Shown here: positions 49,085 through 57,969 of the stretch, piece by piece
Numbering within the stretch: position 1 is the first letter of the stretch
How the letters are laid out: every line of letters begins with the position of its first letter
Assembly (NCBI GenBank): GCA_963789315.1
Contig: CAWBKI010000007.1
Span: forward strand, 16,012-80,011
Reading direction: 5' to 3'
DNA from: an uncultured Gemmatimonadaceae bacterium
Lineage (GTDB): Bacteria; Gemmatimonadota; Gemmatimonadetes; Gemmatimonadales; Gemmatimonadaceae
DNA length: 64,000 nucleotides
Position numbers and translations under genes: made by a program
The notes under the pieces: generated by a model
What the model saw: the letters and a program-made list of their open reading frames with translations, nothing else
The model's database searches: none
Told to the model about the DNA's origin: nothing

Positions 49085-49161
49085 GGTCGGCCACCCCTGA
49101 CACCCCGCCAGGCGTGCCTCCGTATGGAGTGAGCGTCCATCCTCGAACCTGGTGACTCGGA

Positions 49162-49809
49162 ATGTTCAGCTCTCTGTTCGCCGATCCGATTCGCGCGCTC
49201 ATCTTCACCGCTGCCCACCTCTTGGGCGGCAGCTTGGGCGGAGCGATCTTCGCCGTGTCGCTGGCGGCGCGATTTGCGTTCTTCCCGCTGACGCTGCGAC
49301 TGGCTCGCCGCGCGCGCGAGCAGCAGAAGATTCGCGACCGACTGGAACCGGAAATCGCGCGGCTGAAGAAGAGACACGCTCAGCAACCCCAGAAACTGGC
49401 CGAGGCTATACACGCGGTCTACCAGCGCGAGGGGATTCAGCCGGTGGACACGCAGGCCGTGCTCGGCAGCCTGGCCCGAATGCCGGTGATCGGCGGGATC
49501 TACGGCGCACTGCGCTCGATCCCGCGACTCGGCTCATTCGCGTGGATCGCTGATCTCGCGAAGCCGAACCTGCCTCTCGCGCTGCTCGTGACCGTTGGAT
49601 CGGCCGCGTCGACGTACATCGCGAGCCACGGCGGAGCCACGCGAACAGTCGCGCTGTCGGTGATCGTCGGATCGGCGATCGGCCTCGCCTTCCTGTGGCA
49701 CATGTCGTCGGCGATCGCGCTCTCGTGGGGCGCGAGCGTTCTCGGCGACGCCGTGCAGAACGTCGTGTTGCTTCGCGAACGGCGTCGAGGCGAGCCGGCG
49801 GTGCGCTAG
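49162..49809 (+). CDS. Short YidC/Oxa1-family membrane insertase-like protein
   Basis: 215 aa. GGAIFAVSLAARFAFFPLTLRLARRAREQQKIRDRLEPEIARLKKRHAQQPQKLAEAIHAVYQREGIQP...MPVIGGIYGAL...WIADLAKPN follows the YidC core layout of TM2, coiled-coil hairpin and TM3. There is no large periplasmic P1 domain. Confidence 0.6.
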   Translation: MFSSLFADPIRALIFTAAHLLGGSLGGAIFAVSLAARFAFFPLTLRLARRAREQQKIRDRLEPEIARLKKRHAQQPQKLAEAIHAVYQREGIQPVDTQAVLGSLARMPVIGGIYGALRSIPRLGSFAWIADLAKPNLPLALLVTVGSAASTYIASHGGATRTVALSVIVGSAIGLAFLWHMSSAIALSWGASVLGDAVQNVVLLRERRRGEPAVR

Positions 49810-49849
49810 TCGGCGCCGCGCAACGAGGCCTGCGAAAGGCAGGCCGTGG

Positions 49850-51238
49850 TCATGGTAGCCAGTTCTTCGTCCACACCAGCACGACTTGTTTTACCTTGAA
49901 CGGGGTTCCGCACCCGCTGCCTCGGGAGAGCTTCGGATCGGTGACGCTGACGGGCATGTAGCGATATCGAGGCGGGAGGGTGGGGTCGTTCAGGCGATGC
50001 GTCTCGATCACGGCGATATCACGCGGACTCCGCGTGTATAACTCACGCGCGATGTCTTTGTTGGTGGTGAACTCGATTCCGTCGACCCAGAGAGGGCAGA
50101 TCGCATCCGGGTCCATGGCGAAGGAGATCGCGTTTTGGAGGTTGTGAAACGGGGCGATGTGCGTCGAGTCGATGAAATGGCCGATGCCAAGCGCCTTGCG
50201 TTCCTCAAATTCCGCCAGCATTCGCTGTCGCGCTGTCTTTGCGGTCACGACCACCGCCGGCAGCTCGACGATCTTTCGTAGTTCAACCGAGACGAACGCG
50301 GTGTCTCGCATCGTCACGTCGGCGGCCGTGGTCACGGGCTGCGCTCCGATCGCAAGCACGTCGATCTCTCGAGTTCCGATCGGGACACGCGGCAGCACGA
50401 ACCGGCCGTCGACGCCCGTGCGCGCCTCCTCCGCCCCGCTCGTGATCACGCGCGCCTCGGCAACGGGCCGGCCGTCGGCGTCGCGGACGAGACCCGACAC
50501 GACTCCACGCTTGGTCATCGCCGAGTCGATTGCCGGGCCGAGCGACAGATCGCGACGCTCGACCCGCGCACCCGTGCGCGGTAGCAGTTCGAGGAGTCCG
50601 CTCGACGACGAATCCTTTCGCGCGAAGAGACGGAGCGTCGCGTCGGACGGAACGCCGCAAAGCGTGTAGCCGCCCGTCGAGTCCGATCGAACCTCTCCGC
50701 CCCACGCCTGCTCGGTGACCGACGGCTTGGCGCCACGCTCGGATCCCGAGTCGACGCCGAACGCGATCCAGCGGGCGAGCACCATCGCGCCGGATAGCGG
50801 CGTCCCATGCTCGGCGTCGCGCACCGTGCCGAAGACGAAGCCGGTGTCGCGGGGCACCGCACCGGCGCCGCAGGCGGCGCGCCAGAGCGTGGCGAACGAC
50901 GGAATGGCGAGCGTGACGAGCGGCGTCGCGCCGCCATTCTCGCCTACCGTCACGCGCGTCGAAATGCCCGAGAAGCCGAGCGAGTCGAGCGCGGCATGCA
51001 GCATCGAGAACGTGTACGCGCCGGGCGGCACGCTGTCGAACGAGAAGCCGCCGCGTGCGTCGCTCGTCGCCGTGCGTGCGGGCCCGCGGGCACCACTCAT
51101 CCGAATGAACGCGCCTTCGAGCGGCGCCGATCGCAGGCTGTCGAACGCAATTCCATGAATCGCGGTTCCCTGCCCGCGCGCCGAGGCGAAAGCGGGAACC
51201 AGAGACCCGAGGACCGCGACGACGACTCGGACGCGCAT
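49850..51238 (-). CDS. Carboxypeptidase regulatory-like domain protein with C-terminal plug-like domain (no beta-barrel)
   Basis: The start is ATG 51238 (MRVRVVVAVLGSLVPAFASARGQ). There are three CarboxypepD_reg-like beta-sandwich repeats (GIAFDS..RGGFSFDSVPPGAYTF; GTVRDAEHGTPLSGAMV..GGYTLCGVP; GLVRDADGRPVAEARV..DGRFVLPRVPIG). The protein then reads ELPAVVVTAKTARQ.. and has a ~105-aa conserved end shared with the gene at 1..325. Confidence 0.8.
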   Translation of the reverse strand: MRVRVVVAVLGSLVPAFASARGQGTAIHGIAFDSLRSAPLEGAFIRMSGARGPARTATSDARGGFSFDSVPPGAYTFSMLHAALDSLGFSGISTRVTVGENGGATPLVTLAIPSFATLWRAACGAGAVPRDTGFVFGTVRDAEHGTPLSGAMVLARWIAFGVDSGSERGAKPSVTEQAWGGEVRSDSTGGYTLCGVPSDATLRLFARKDSSSSGLLELLPRTGARVERRDLSLGPAIDSAMTKRGVVSGLVRDADGRPVAEARVITSGAEEARTGVDGRFVLPRVPIGTREIDVLAIGAQPVTTAADVTMRDTAFVSVELRKIVELPAVVVTAKTARQRMLAEFEERKALGIGHFIDSTHIAPFHNLQNAISFAMDPDAICPLWVDGIEFTTNKDIARELYTRSPRDIAVIETHRLNDPTLPPRYRYMPVSVTDPKLSRGSGCGTPFKVKQVVLVWTKNWLP

Positions 51239-51326
51239 CGAACCCCGTTGCGTCAGTAGTGTCAGAAGTACGTCAGAGCCGCGTCGCTGCCACGCCGCGC
51301 CGTCGGGACGGGAATAGTATCCCCAT

Positions 51327-52541
51327 ATGAGCGCTTCTGCGATCCAGACACTCGGGGTCGCCGCTACCCCGACTCGGCCGCCCGACGCGCCAGCCCGCCG
51401 GCGCATCGATTCGGTCGACGTCGTCCGCGGCCTCGTCATGATCCTCATGGCGCTCGACCACGTGCGCGACTTCTTCGGCTCGCGCGCCGACCCGACAAAC
51501 GTCGCGACAACGACCGCGGCACTCTTCTTCACCCGCTGGATCACGCACGTCTGCGCGCCGACCTTCTTCCTGCTGACCGGCACCGGCGCCGCGCTCTCCC
51601 TCGGGCGAAAGACCACCGCCGAGCTGTCGCGCTTCCTCGTGACGCGCGGCGTGTGGCTGATCTTCCTGGAGCTGGTGGTCGTCCGGTGCCTCGGACTGCA
51701 ATTCAACTTCGACTATCGCGCGACCATCCTCGAGGTGATCTGGGCGCTCGGCTGGGCGATGATCGCGCTGGCCGCCTTCGTCTGGCTCCCGCGCAAGGCG
51801 ATCACGGCCGTCAGCCTCGCGATGATCTTCGGGCACAATCTGCTCGACGGGGTGCGCTGGTCGAATCCGTTGTGGGTTTTCCTCCACCGCCCGGGATTCC
51901 TGATTCGCCCGCCGGGACACGTCGTGTTCGCCGCCTATCCGATCGTCCCGTGGATCGGCGTCACGGCCATCGGATTCGTCCTCGGCGGGATCTACGCCTG
52001 GGAGCCGGCGCGGCGCCGAGCGTTGCTGCTGCGGCTTGCGGTCGCGATCCCGTGCGCGTTCGTCGGGCTGCGGTTCGTCAACGTCTACGGCGATCCGTTT
52101 CGCTGGTCGGTGCAGCCGACCGCGTCCCACACGTTGATCGCGTTTCTCGACGCGACAAAGTATCCCCCATCGCTCCTCTTCTTGCTGATGACGCTCGGCT
52201 TCACGATGCTCGGCCTCTACGCATTCGACGCCGGCGTCCCGAAGTGGCTGTCACCGGCCCTCACGTTCGGCCGCGTGCCCCTCTTCTACTTCATCGTCCA
52301 CCTGACGCTCATCCATCTGCTCGTCGTGGCGATCGGCTACGCGCGCTATGGCTCGATCCACTGGTTCTTCAGCTCGCCGTCGCTCGACAAATACCCGTTC
52401 GAGATGCCACCGGGCTGGGGTTACTCGCTCCCGTTCGTCTATGGGACGTGGGCATTCGTCGTTCTTCTACTCTATCCGTTGTGCGCCTGGTTCGCTCGGG
52501 TCAAGGCTCGCAATCGAGCGGCCTGGCTCAGCTATCTCTAG
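51327..52541 (+). CDS. DUF1624 / heparan-alpha-glucosaminide N-acetyltransferase-like membrane protein
   Basis: N-terminal signature RRRIDSVDVVRGLVMILMALDHVRDFF and ~9 TM helices. The 404 codons are intact. Confidence 0.85.
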   Translation: MSASAIQTLGVAATPTRPPDAPARRRIDSVDVVRGLVMILMALDHVRDFFGSRADPTNVATTTAALFFTRWITHVCAPTFFLLTGTGAALSLGRKTTAELSRFLVTRGVWLIFLELVVVRCLGLQFNFDYRATILEVIWALGWAMIALAAFVWLPRKAITAVSLAMIFGHNLLDGVRWSNPLWVFLHRPGFLIRPPGHVVFAAYPIVPWIGVTAIGFVLGGIYAWEPARRRALLLRLAVAIPCAFVGLRFVNVYGDPFRWSVQPTASHTLIAFLDATKYPPSLLFLLMTLGFTMLGLYAFDAGVPKWLSPALTFGRVPLFYFIVHLTLIHLLVVAIGYARYGSIHWFFSSPSLDKYPFEMPPGWGYSLPFVYGTWAFVVLLLYPLCAWFARVKARNRAAWLSYL

Positions 52542-52566
52542 CAATCTGCGTCTGTTGCGCCAGACG

Positions 52567-52715
52567 GGCCTGTACGACTAAGGAACTGAAGATTTCGCGG
52601 AAGGGGCGGACTCACGCGGATCAACCCTTGAAAGCTTCTTAACAAAAGCTTTTGCTGTTTCCGCGATCGTCCGCCCATTCCGCGAAATCGTAGCAGTATC
52701 GGAGTCGTACAGGCC
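52567..52715. repeat. ~150-nt palindromic intergenic element, same family as 20108-20255
   Basis: Outer arms GGCCTGTACGACT / AGTCGTACAGGCC (13/13). Inner arms GATTTCGCGGAA / TTCCGCGAAATC (12/12) and GGGCGGAC / GTCCGCCC. The centre is AT-richer and contains AAGCTT. It lies between convergent genes. Confidence 0.6.
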
Positions 52716-52753
52716 GGCCACGCGCCTGAGTGCTAGTCCGGCGCGACACGACA

Positions 52754-54123
52754 CTAGGTGAGATGCGGCAGAGGCTCCAGGATGCGCACAACCTCCTGCA
52801 TGTCGAAATGCCGAGCCCACCCGAGAGCGTCGCTCTCGAAACGGCTGTCGAGGATCGTCGTGCTGGCGCCGGCGTCGAGCAACACGCGAACGGTCTCGAC
52901 GTGACCGCCGCCGGCCGCGAGGTGCAGCGCGGTCACGCGCGAGCCCCACTGTTCCCAGATTCCGTTGACCTCTGCGCCGTGGTCGAGCAGCCAACGAACG
53001 GCGTGTGCGTCGTTCCGCATCGAAAGCATGTGCAGCGCGCCGGAGCTCGCGCCATGTGCCGCGACCAGCTCGGGATTCGCCTTCACGAGCTTTGCCGCCA
53101 TCTCCCAATCGGCGAGCGAGAGCGCGGCGACGAGGTCCAGCATCGTCACGTTGGCGGGGCGGTGTCCGCGGTCGGCGCTGTCGAGCTCCGCCAGCGTCAT
53201 TGCGCGAATCTTCTGCACGATCGGACGGTCGATCCCTTCGTGATGCGCGTACGCTGACGGCGGATTCCCCGACCCATCGACGGCGAGCGGGTCGGCGCCG
53301 AGGTCGATCAGGAGCTCGACCATCGCCGGCTTGTTCATGCGGATGGCGAAGTGCAGCGGGGTCTGATGATTCTCATTGCGACTCATCCGCTGATTGAGCG
53401 CGCCGGGATTGGCCGATACGATGCGACGGACCTCGTCGCCGAGTCCCATCGCGATGGCGGAGAAGATGTGGTGCCTCGCGCCGCGGCTGACGAGAAAGTC
53501 GGCGACCGCGCGATGCGCGTCGTCATCGCTGCCTTCCCAACAGGTAGCCCATCCAATGACCTCCAGCTCGTGGTCGTCACCGTGGCCGACGACGTCGCCG
53601 CCTGCGTCGGCGAGGCGGCGCACGACGGGGAGATCGCCCGCCGCGGCGGCCCAGTGCATGGCGTACGTGTTGTCGCCGCGCTCGCGCCCGTTGGCATCGA
53701 GCCCGCGATCCAAGAGGAGATTCACCGCGCCGAGGGCGTCCTTCGGCGCGTTCGGAGTTCTGATCTCTGCGACGCGGCGGCGTGGAGCAGCGTCCACTCG
53801 TACGGCTTGTCGCGAATGAAACGCCTGTCGGGGTGCTCGTCGAGCAGCGTGCGCAGCCGCGCGACGTCCCCCTTGCGCGCCGCGTCGAAGAGCTGGCCGT
53901 CGACACTCAGCGAATCGACGTGCGCCTTGAGCGCGCGCCAGCTCGAGAAGCCGTACTGTTTCGCGATCTCGAATTGCGCTTCGGCGAGCTGTGTGTCGGG
54001 CTTGGTCTCGCGCAGCTCGGCGAGACGGCGCTTGGCTTCCTTGCGGAGCCACTCGAGGTTTGGCGCGTCGGGCAGCGCCGACGGCGCGGCCCCGCCGGCA
54101 GACCCATGGGTCTCGTCGGACAT
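52754..54123 (-). pseudogene. Ankyrin repeat domain-containing protein (paralogue of 47577..48872 N-terminal module), one frameshift
   Basis: The N-terminus in ORF 53722..54123 is LPDAPNLEWLRKEAKRRLAEL..LAEAQFEIAKQYGFSSWRALKAHV..TLLHAAA. The ankyrin repeats (AMHWAAAAGDLPVVRRLADAGGDV; TPLHFAIRMNKPAMVELLIDLGADP; TALHLAAGGGHVETVRVLLDAGAS) are in ORF 52754..54136. The frame change is near 53780. Confidence 0.8.
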
Positions 54124-54322
54124 CGTACACCTCCATTCCTGTGAAAGGAGCGAGTCCTTTCGTGGCGCCCGCCGTCCGCGTTAAGGGCGAGGAATAGAAG
54201 GTTTGTTCTCGAGAGAACGGGGGCGGGTTGAACCCTTTACGCGGACCGTCGGCCGCCCTTGCGGCCGTGGGGGAACGCTATCCCCGATTGACGAATCGAA
54301 CAAGAGAGAGTCTCTTCGCACC

Positions 54323-54817
54323 ATGTTCCGCTCGCTCGTTGTTCGCGCCGGTCTGTTCATCGTGCTCATGCCGGGCTCCATCGCCGGATGGTTGCCGTGG
54401 TACATCAGCGGCTGGGAACGGCCACGGATCGACGGCGCGCTCGGACTCGTCGGCGCCTTCTTCGCGGTGCTCGGCTGGCTCGTGCTGCTCTGGTGCGCGC
54501 GAGACTTTGCGGTGCGCGGCCGCGGCACGCCGAACCCCGCCGACCCGCCTCGCGCGCTCGTGGTCGACGGCCTCTACCGTTTCGTTCGCAATCCGATGTA
54601 CGTGGCGATCGTGACGTCGCTCTTGGGACAGGCGGCGATGTATCGATCGAGCGCCGTGGTCTGGTATGCCGCGATCGTCGCGGCGGCGTTCCATCTGAGA
54701 GTGGTCTTGTACGAAGAGCCGAAGCTCACCGAATTATTCGCCGACTCGTACGCCGACTATCGGCGGCGCGTACCACGTTGGATCCCGCGCGTTGCCCTTC
54801 GGGGCCAGTCGCGGTAA
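54323..54817 (+). CDS. Isoprenylcysteine carboxyl methyltransferase (ICMT) / phospholipid methyltransferase family membrane protein
   Basis: The start is ATG 54323 (MFRSLVV..). There are 4-5 TM helices and the family motif GLYRFVRNPMYVA...EEPKL..F...Y..YRRRVPRWIP. Confidence 0.8.
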   Translation: MFRSLVVRAGLFIVLMPGSIAGWLPWYISGWERPRIDGALGLVGAFFAVLGWLVLLWCARDFAVRGRGTPNPADPPRALVVDGLYRFVRNPMYVAIVTSLLGQAAMYRSSAVVWYAAIVAAAFHLRVVLYEEPKLTELFADSYADYRRRVPRWIPRVALRGQSR

Positions 54818-54883
54818 CTCTGAGGCGTTGCCCGACCAGCGGCCCCACCCCGCGACGGGCTCACCCTCGGTGAGGACATCGCG

Positions 54884-55675
54884 ATGCGAAACGCCCTGAT
54901 CACGCTCGCTCTCTGCGGCGCCGCGGCGCCGGTTGGCGCGCAGTTCACGACCACGTACACCGGCGTCCAGCACGTCAACGACAAGGACTATCCGGCGACG
55001 GCGATCTTCGCGATCGAGAACGGCCGCATCGCGATGATCCTGACCGGCGCCAAGCACGTGCGAATGCTGTTCGACGACAAGGCGCAGATACTTCGCCTCG
55101 TCGACGAGGACGGCAAGCAGTACGTCGATCTCACGAAGGATTCGCGGGCGGCCATGGACCCGAGCGGCCAGCTCGCGCAGATGCAGAAGCAGCTCGACGC
55201 GCTGCCGAAGGAACAGCGCGCCATGGCCGAGGGGATGATGAAGCAGGCGATGGCCGGGATGGCCCAAGGGCAGGAGCAGCTCGTCTACAACTGGACGACC
55301 GACAAGCTCAAGATCTCAGGCTACGACTGCACGCGCGTCGAAGGGATCCGCGGAGATCAGAAGGTCACCGAGTACTGCGGCTCGACGTCCGACGATTTCA
55401 AGTTGAAGGACAGCGAGCGCCAGACGGTGCTCGACATGCAGGGATACCTTCGGAATTTCCTGATCATGGTCAAGAGCGACGATCAGTCGGTGCGGGCATT
55501 CGCCTGGGACACGAAGACCGACGGATACCCGGTGCTCTCGCGGTGCTTCGCCAACGGCAAGATGACGCTCGAGCTCACGCTCGCGACGGTCTCGCGTAAA
55601 GGCCCGAGCGACGATCAATTCAAGATCGACGGTTTCAAGAAGATGGAAATGCCGAAAGGTCCGGGCGGGAGATAG
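54884..55675 (+). CDS. Secreted hypothetical protein (possibly DUF4412-like)
   Basis: Signal peptide MRNALITLALCGAAAPVGAQ. The 263 codons are intact, with a Met/Gln-rich central coil (AQMQKQLDALPKEQRAMAEGMMKQAMAGMAQGQ). The family call is tentative. Confidence 0.55.
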   Translation: MRNALITLALCGAAAPVGAQFTTTYTGVQHVNDKDYPATAIFAIENGRIAMILTGAKHVRMLFDDKAQILRLVDEDGKQYVDLTKDSRAAMDPSGQLAQMQKQLDALPKEQRAMAEGMMKQAMAGMAQGQEQLVYNWTTDKLKISGYDCTRVEGIRGDQKVTEYCGSTSDDFKLKDSERQTVLDMQGYLRNFLIMVKSDDQSVRAFAWDTKTDGYPVLSRCFANGKMTLELTLATVSRKGPSDDQFKIDGFKKMEMPKGPGGR

Positions 55676-55681
55676 CGCGAG

Positions 55682-55957
55682 ATGGCCGAGGTCATCGAAG
55701 GGCGCGTTTGGTTTTTTCGGCGGCACTCGCTTGGAATCATCATTGCCGCTGTGCTCGCGTTCGGAGCATCGTCGGGGTTGCCATACAGGACCCTGAGTCA
55801 CTCCGTGAGCACGACTCTCGGCGTGTCGATGGTCCTGTTTGCGGTCGCGCCGGCGCTACGGGAGATCTCGGACTCGGTTCAGAGATGGACCATGGTTGCC
55901 GGCTCGCTGGTGCTGGGAGCGAGTCTCGGGCTCGTCATTCGACTCATCATGAGGTGA
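55682..55957 (+). CDS. Small membrane protein (91 aa, ~3 TM), hypothetical
   Basis: The ATG lies 6 nt after the previous stop. Hydrophobic helices are IIIAAVLAFGASSG, LGVSMVLFAVAPAL and MVAGSLVLGASLGLVIRLI. Confidence 0.5.
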   Translation: MAEVIEGRVWFFRRHSLGIIIAAVLAFGASSGLPYRTLSHSVSTTLGVSMVLFAVAPALREISDSVQRWTMVAGSLVLGASLGLVIRLIMR

Positions 55958-55963
55958 CCACGC

Positions 55964-56290
55964 ATGGGTGCAGCCGCAGCGGCAATCATCATCAAACGTG
56001 AAAAGGATCTCGTCGAGCACTTTCGTCGCGCCAGAGCGACCAGCCCGCAGGCGGCGCAGTCCTCTGACGCGCTCGGTGTCGAGGAGAACAACTTCGTTTG
56101 GCGACGCCTCGTCTCCGGCGCCGTGATTCGACCGGGCACCGCCGGCACGTACTATCTCGATGAGCCGTCTTGGGAAGCGATGGGGCGCAGGCGACGCCGC
56201 GTCGCAGTCGCCATGATGGTCGTCGCCGTGGTCATCGCTGTCTCGGTCTATATCGCCGGAGTGTCGTTCGCCGGAATGTCGCGCCGCTGA
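55964..56290 (+). CDS. Tail-anchored hypothetical protein (108 aa)
   Basis: The ATG lies 6 nt after the previous stop. A soluble N-terminus (..KREKDLVEHFRRARATSP..GTYYLDEPSWEA) is followed by an RRRRR stretch and one C-terminal TM helix (VAVAMMVVAVVIAVSVYIAGV). Confidence 0.45.
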   Translation: MGAAAAAIIIKREKDLVEHFRRARATSPQAAQSSDALGVEENNFVWRRLVSGAVIRPGTAGTYYLDEPSWEAMGRRRRRVAVAMMVVAVVIAVSVYIAGVSFAGMSRR

Positions 56291-56298
56291 GCATCGAC

Positions 56299-56664
56299 GT
56301 GGACTCCCGGCCGTCGGGGCGACTTCGCGAATTCGCTGAAGCGATTTCTTCGGCAAAGGATCCACGGCTCGCCGAATGGCAGGAGCTCGGACTCGAGAAT
56401 CCAAGATCGCTACGGGGCGTCATCGCTTGGTCCATTGTGGCGGCAAGCGTCACGGCGGGTTTGGTCGTCCTGGTGCTTGGGTTCGAGCGCATCGTGTTGC
56501 CTTCGGTTCGTCTTCTGTTCGAGCCTCATCCCCTGACGCCGCGCGGAGGAATATTGACCTTGTCCTTCGCGCTGGCTGTCCTCACCGCTTCCGGGACGAT
56601 CGCGTTCGCGGCCTTCCAGGGTGGAACCCGGGTGGCGTTCTTTCTGGCTAGGCGCAAGCATTGA
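56299..56664 (+). CDS. Small membrane protein (~121 aa, 2 TM), hypothetical
   Basis: The frame of ORF 56170..56664 is used. The GTG at 56299 is the first start codon after the previous stop, and the start is uncertain. TM helices are VIAWSIVAASVTAGLVVLVLGF and ILTLSFALAVLTASGTIAFAAF. The stop overlaps the next gene start (TTGA). Confidence 0.4.
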   Translation: MDSRPSGRLREFAEAISSAKDPRLAEWQELGLENPRSLRGVIAWSIVAASVTAGLVVLVLGFERIVLPSVRLLFEPHPLTPRGGILTLSFALAVLTASGTIAFAAFQGGTRVAFFLARRKH

Positions 56665-57171
56665 GAAAAACACTCGCGATCGCGGTTGTCGCGCTGTGCG
56701 CGTACCTCACGATCTACCGCGCGCGCCCGCCGCACTCGGCGTCGACGATACCGGCCGTGCCTTCGTCGCCCGCAGCGGCTAGTGCTCCGCCATCTTCCGC
56801 TACGCCGAGCGGACCGGCGGCCGCATCGCCCGTCGTCGACGATCCGACCATCGCGCGCGCGATCGCGGATCACGCGCACGAGGTCACTGTCGACGCGGCG
56901 GGCGTCGTGTCGCGCGTCCTCCCCGACGACCGCGAAGGCGAGCGGCACCAGCGTTTCATCGTGCGCCTCCCGTCCGGCACGACGGTGCTCATCGCGCACA
57001 ACATCGACATCGCCCCACGCATCGAGGGTTTGAGGACCGGCGCTCCGATCGCCTTCGAGGGCGAGTACGTCTGGAACGCCGCAGGGCGGCGTCGTGCACT
57101 GGACGCATCACGATCCTTCGGGCCGGCACCGGTCGGGATTCGTGAAGTACAACGGTCGCCTGTATCAGTAG
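56661..57171 (+). pseudogene. DUF3465 domain-containing protein, one frameshift
   Basis: Signal anchor and a Pro/Ser/Ala-rich linker are followed by VSRVLPDDREGERHQRFIVRLPSGTTVLIAHNIDIAPRIEGL..IAFEGEYVWNAAG in ORF 56661... The conserved end GVVHWTHHDPSGRHRSGFVKYNGRLYQ* is in the next frame, to TAG 57169-57171. There is an extra G in GGG 57084-57086. Confidence 0.8.
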
Positions 57172-57178
57172 CGGCGAC

Positions 57179-57941
57179 GTGCGCGTCGCGGCGCTGTACG
57201 ACATCCACGGCAACGCGCCCGCGCTCGACGCGGTGCTCGACGACGTCCGCCGAGCGCGCGTCGATCGCATCGTCGTCGGCGGCGACGTGCTTCCCGGACC
57301 GCTGCCGCGCGAAGCGCTCGACGCGCCTCGCTCGCGCCGGTGTTCCGACGGACTACATCATGGGCAACGGCGACCGTGAGGTGCTCGCGCACCTTCGCGG
57401 CACGGGAAGCTTGCTGCCCGACTCCTTTCGCCATCTCATCGCCTGGACCGCGAAACAGCTTCGCCCGGCCGACGTCGAGCGCATCTCGTCATGGCCGGCG
57501 ACGTTGCGACTGACGATCGACGGGCTCGGCGACCTCCTCTTCTGCCACGCGACGCCGCGCAACGACGTCGAGATCTTCACGCGCCTCACCGCCGACGACG
57601 TCGTGATCCCGATGCTCGCCGAGGCGCGCGCGCCGATCGTCGTCTGCGGTCACACGCACATGCAGTTCGACCGCCGCTTTGGGTCGACGCGCGTGGTGAA
57701 CGCCGGAAGCGTCGGCATGCCGTTCGGCGAGCCCGGTGCGTACTGGCTGCTCCTCGGCCCGCGCGACATCGAGTTGCGGCGCACGATCTACGACTTCGAC
57801 GCCGCGGCTCGAACGATCGAGGCGTCGGACTATCCGCAGGCGAAAGAGTTCGCCGCGATGAACGTGCTGTCGCCGACGCCCGAAGCGGAGATGTTGGAAC
57901 GCATGACCGCCGTGGCGTCCGCCGCCGCGCCACGATCCTGA
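57179..57941 (+). pseudogene. Metallophosphoesterase family protein, one frameshift
   Basis: GTG start at 57179. VAALYDIHGNAPALDAVL..IVVGGDVLPGP is in ORF 57179..57379. GNGDRE...LLFCHATPRND...VVCGHTHMQFDR..VVNAGSVG is in the frame of ORF 56661..57941. The junction is near 57327. Confidence 0.75.
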
Positions 57942-57969
57942 TACCTTTGGGTCCGATGACGCCCTCCTT

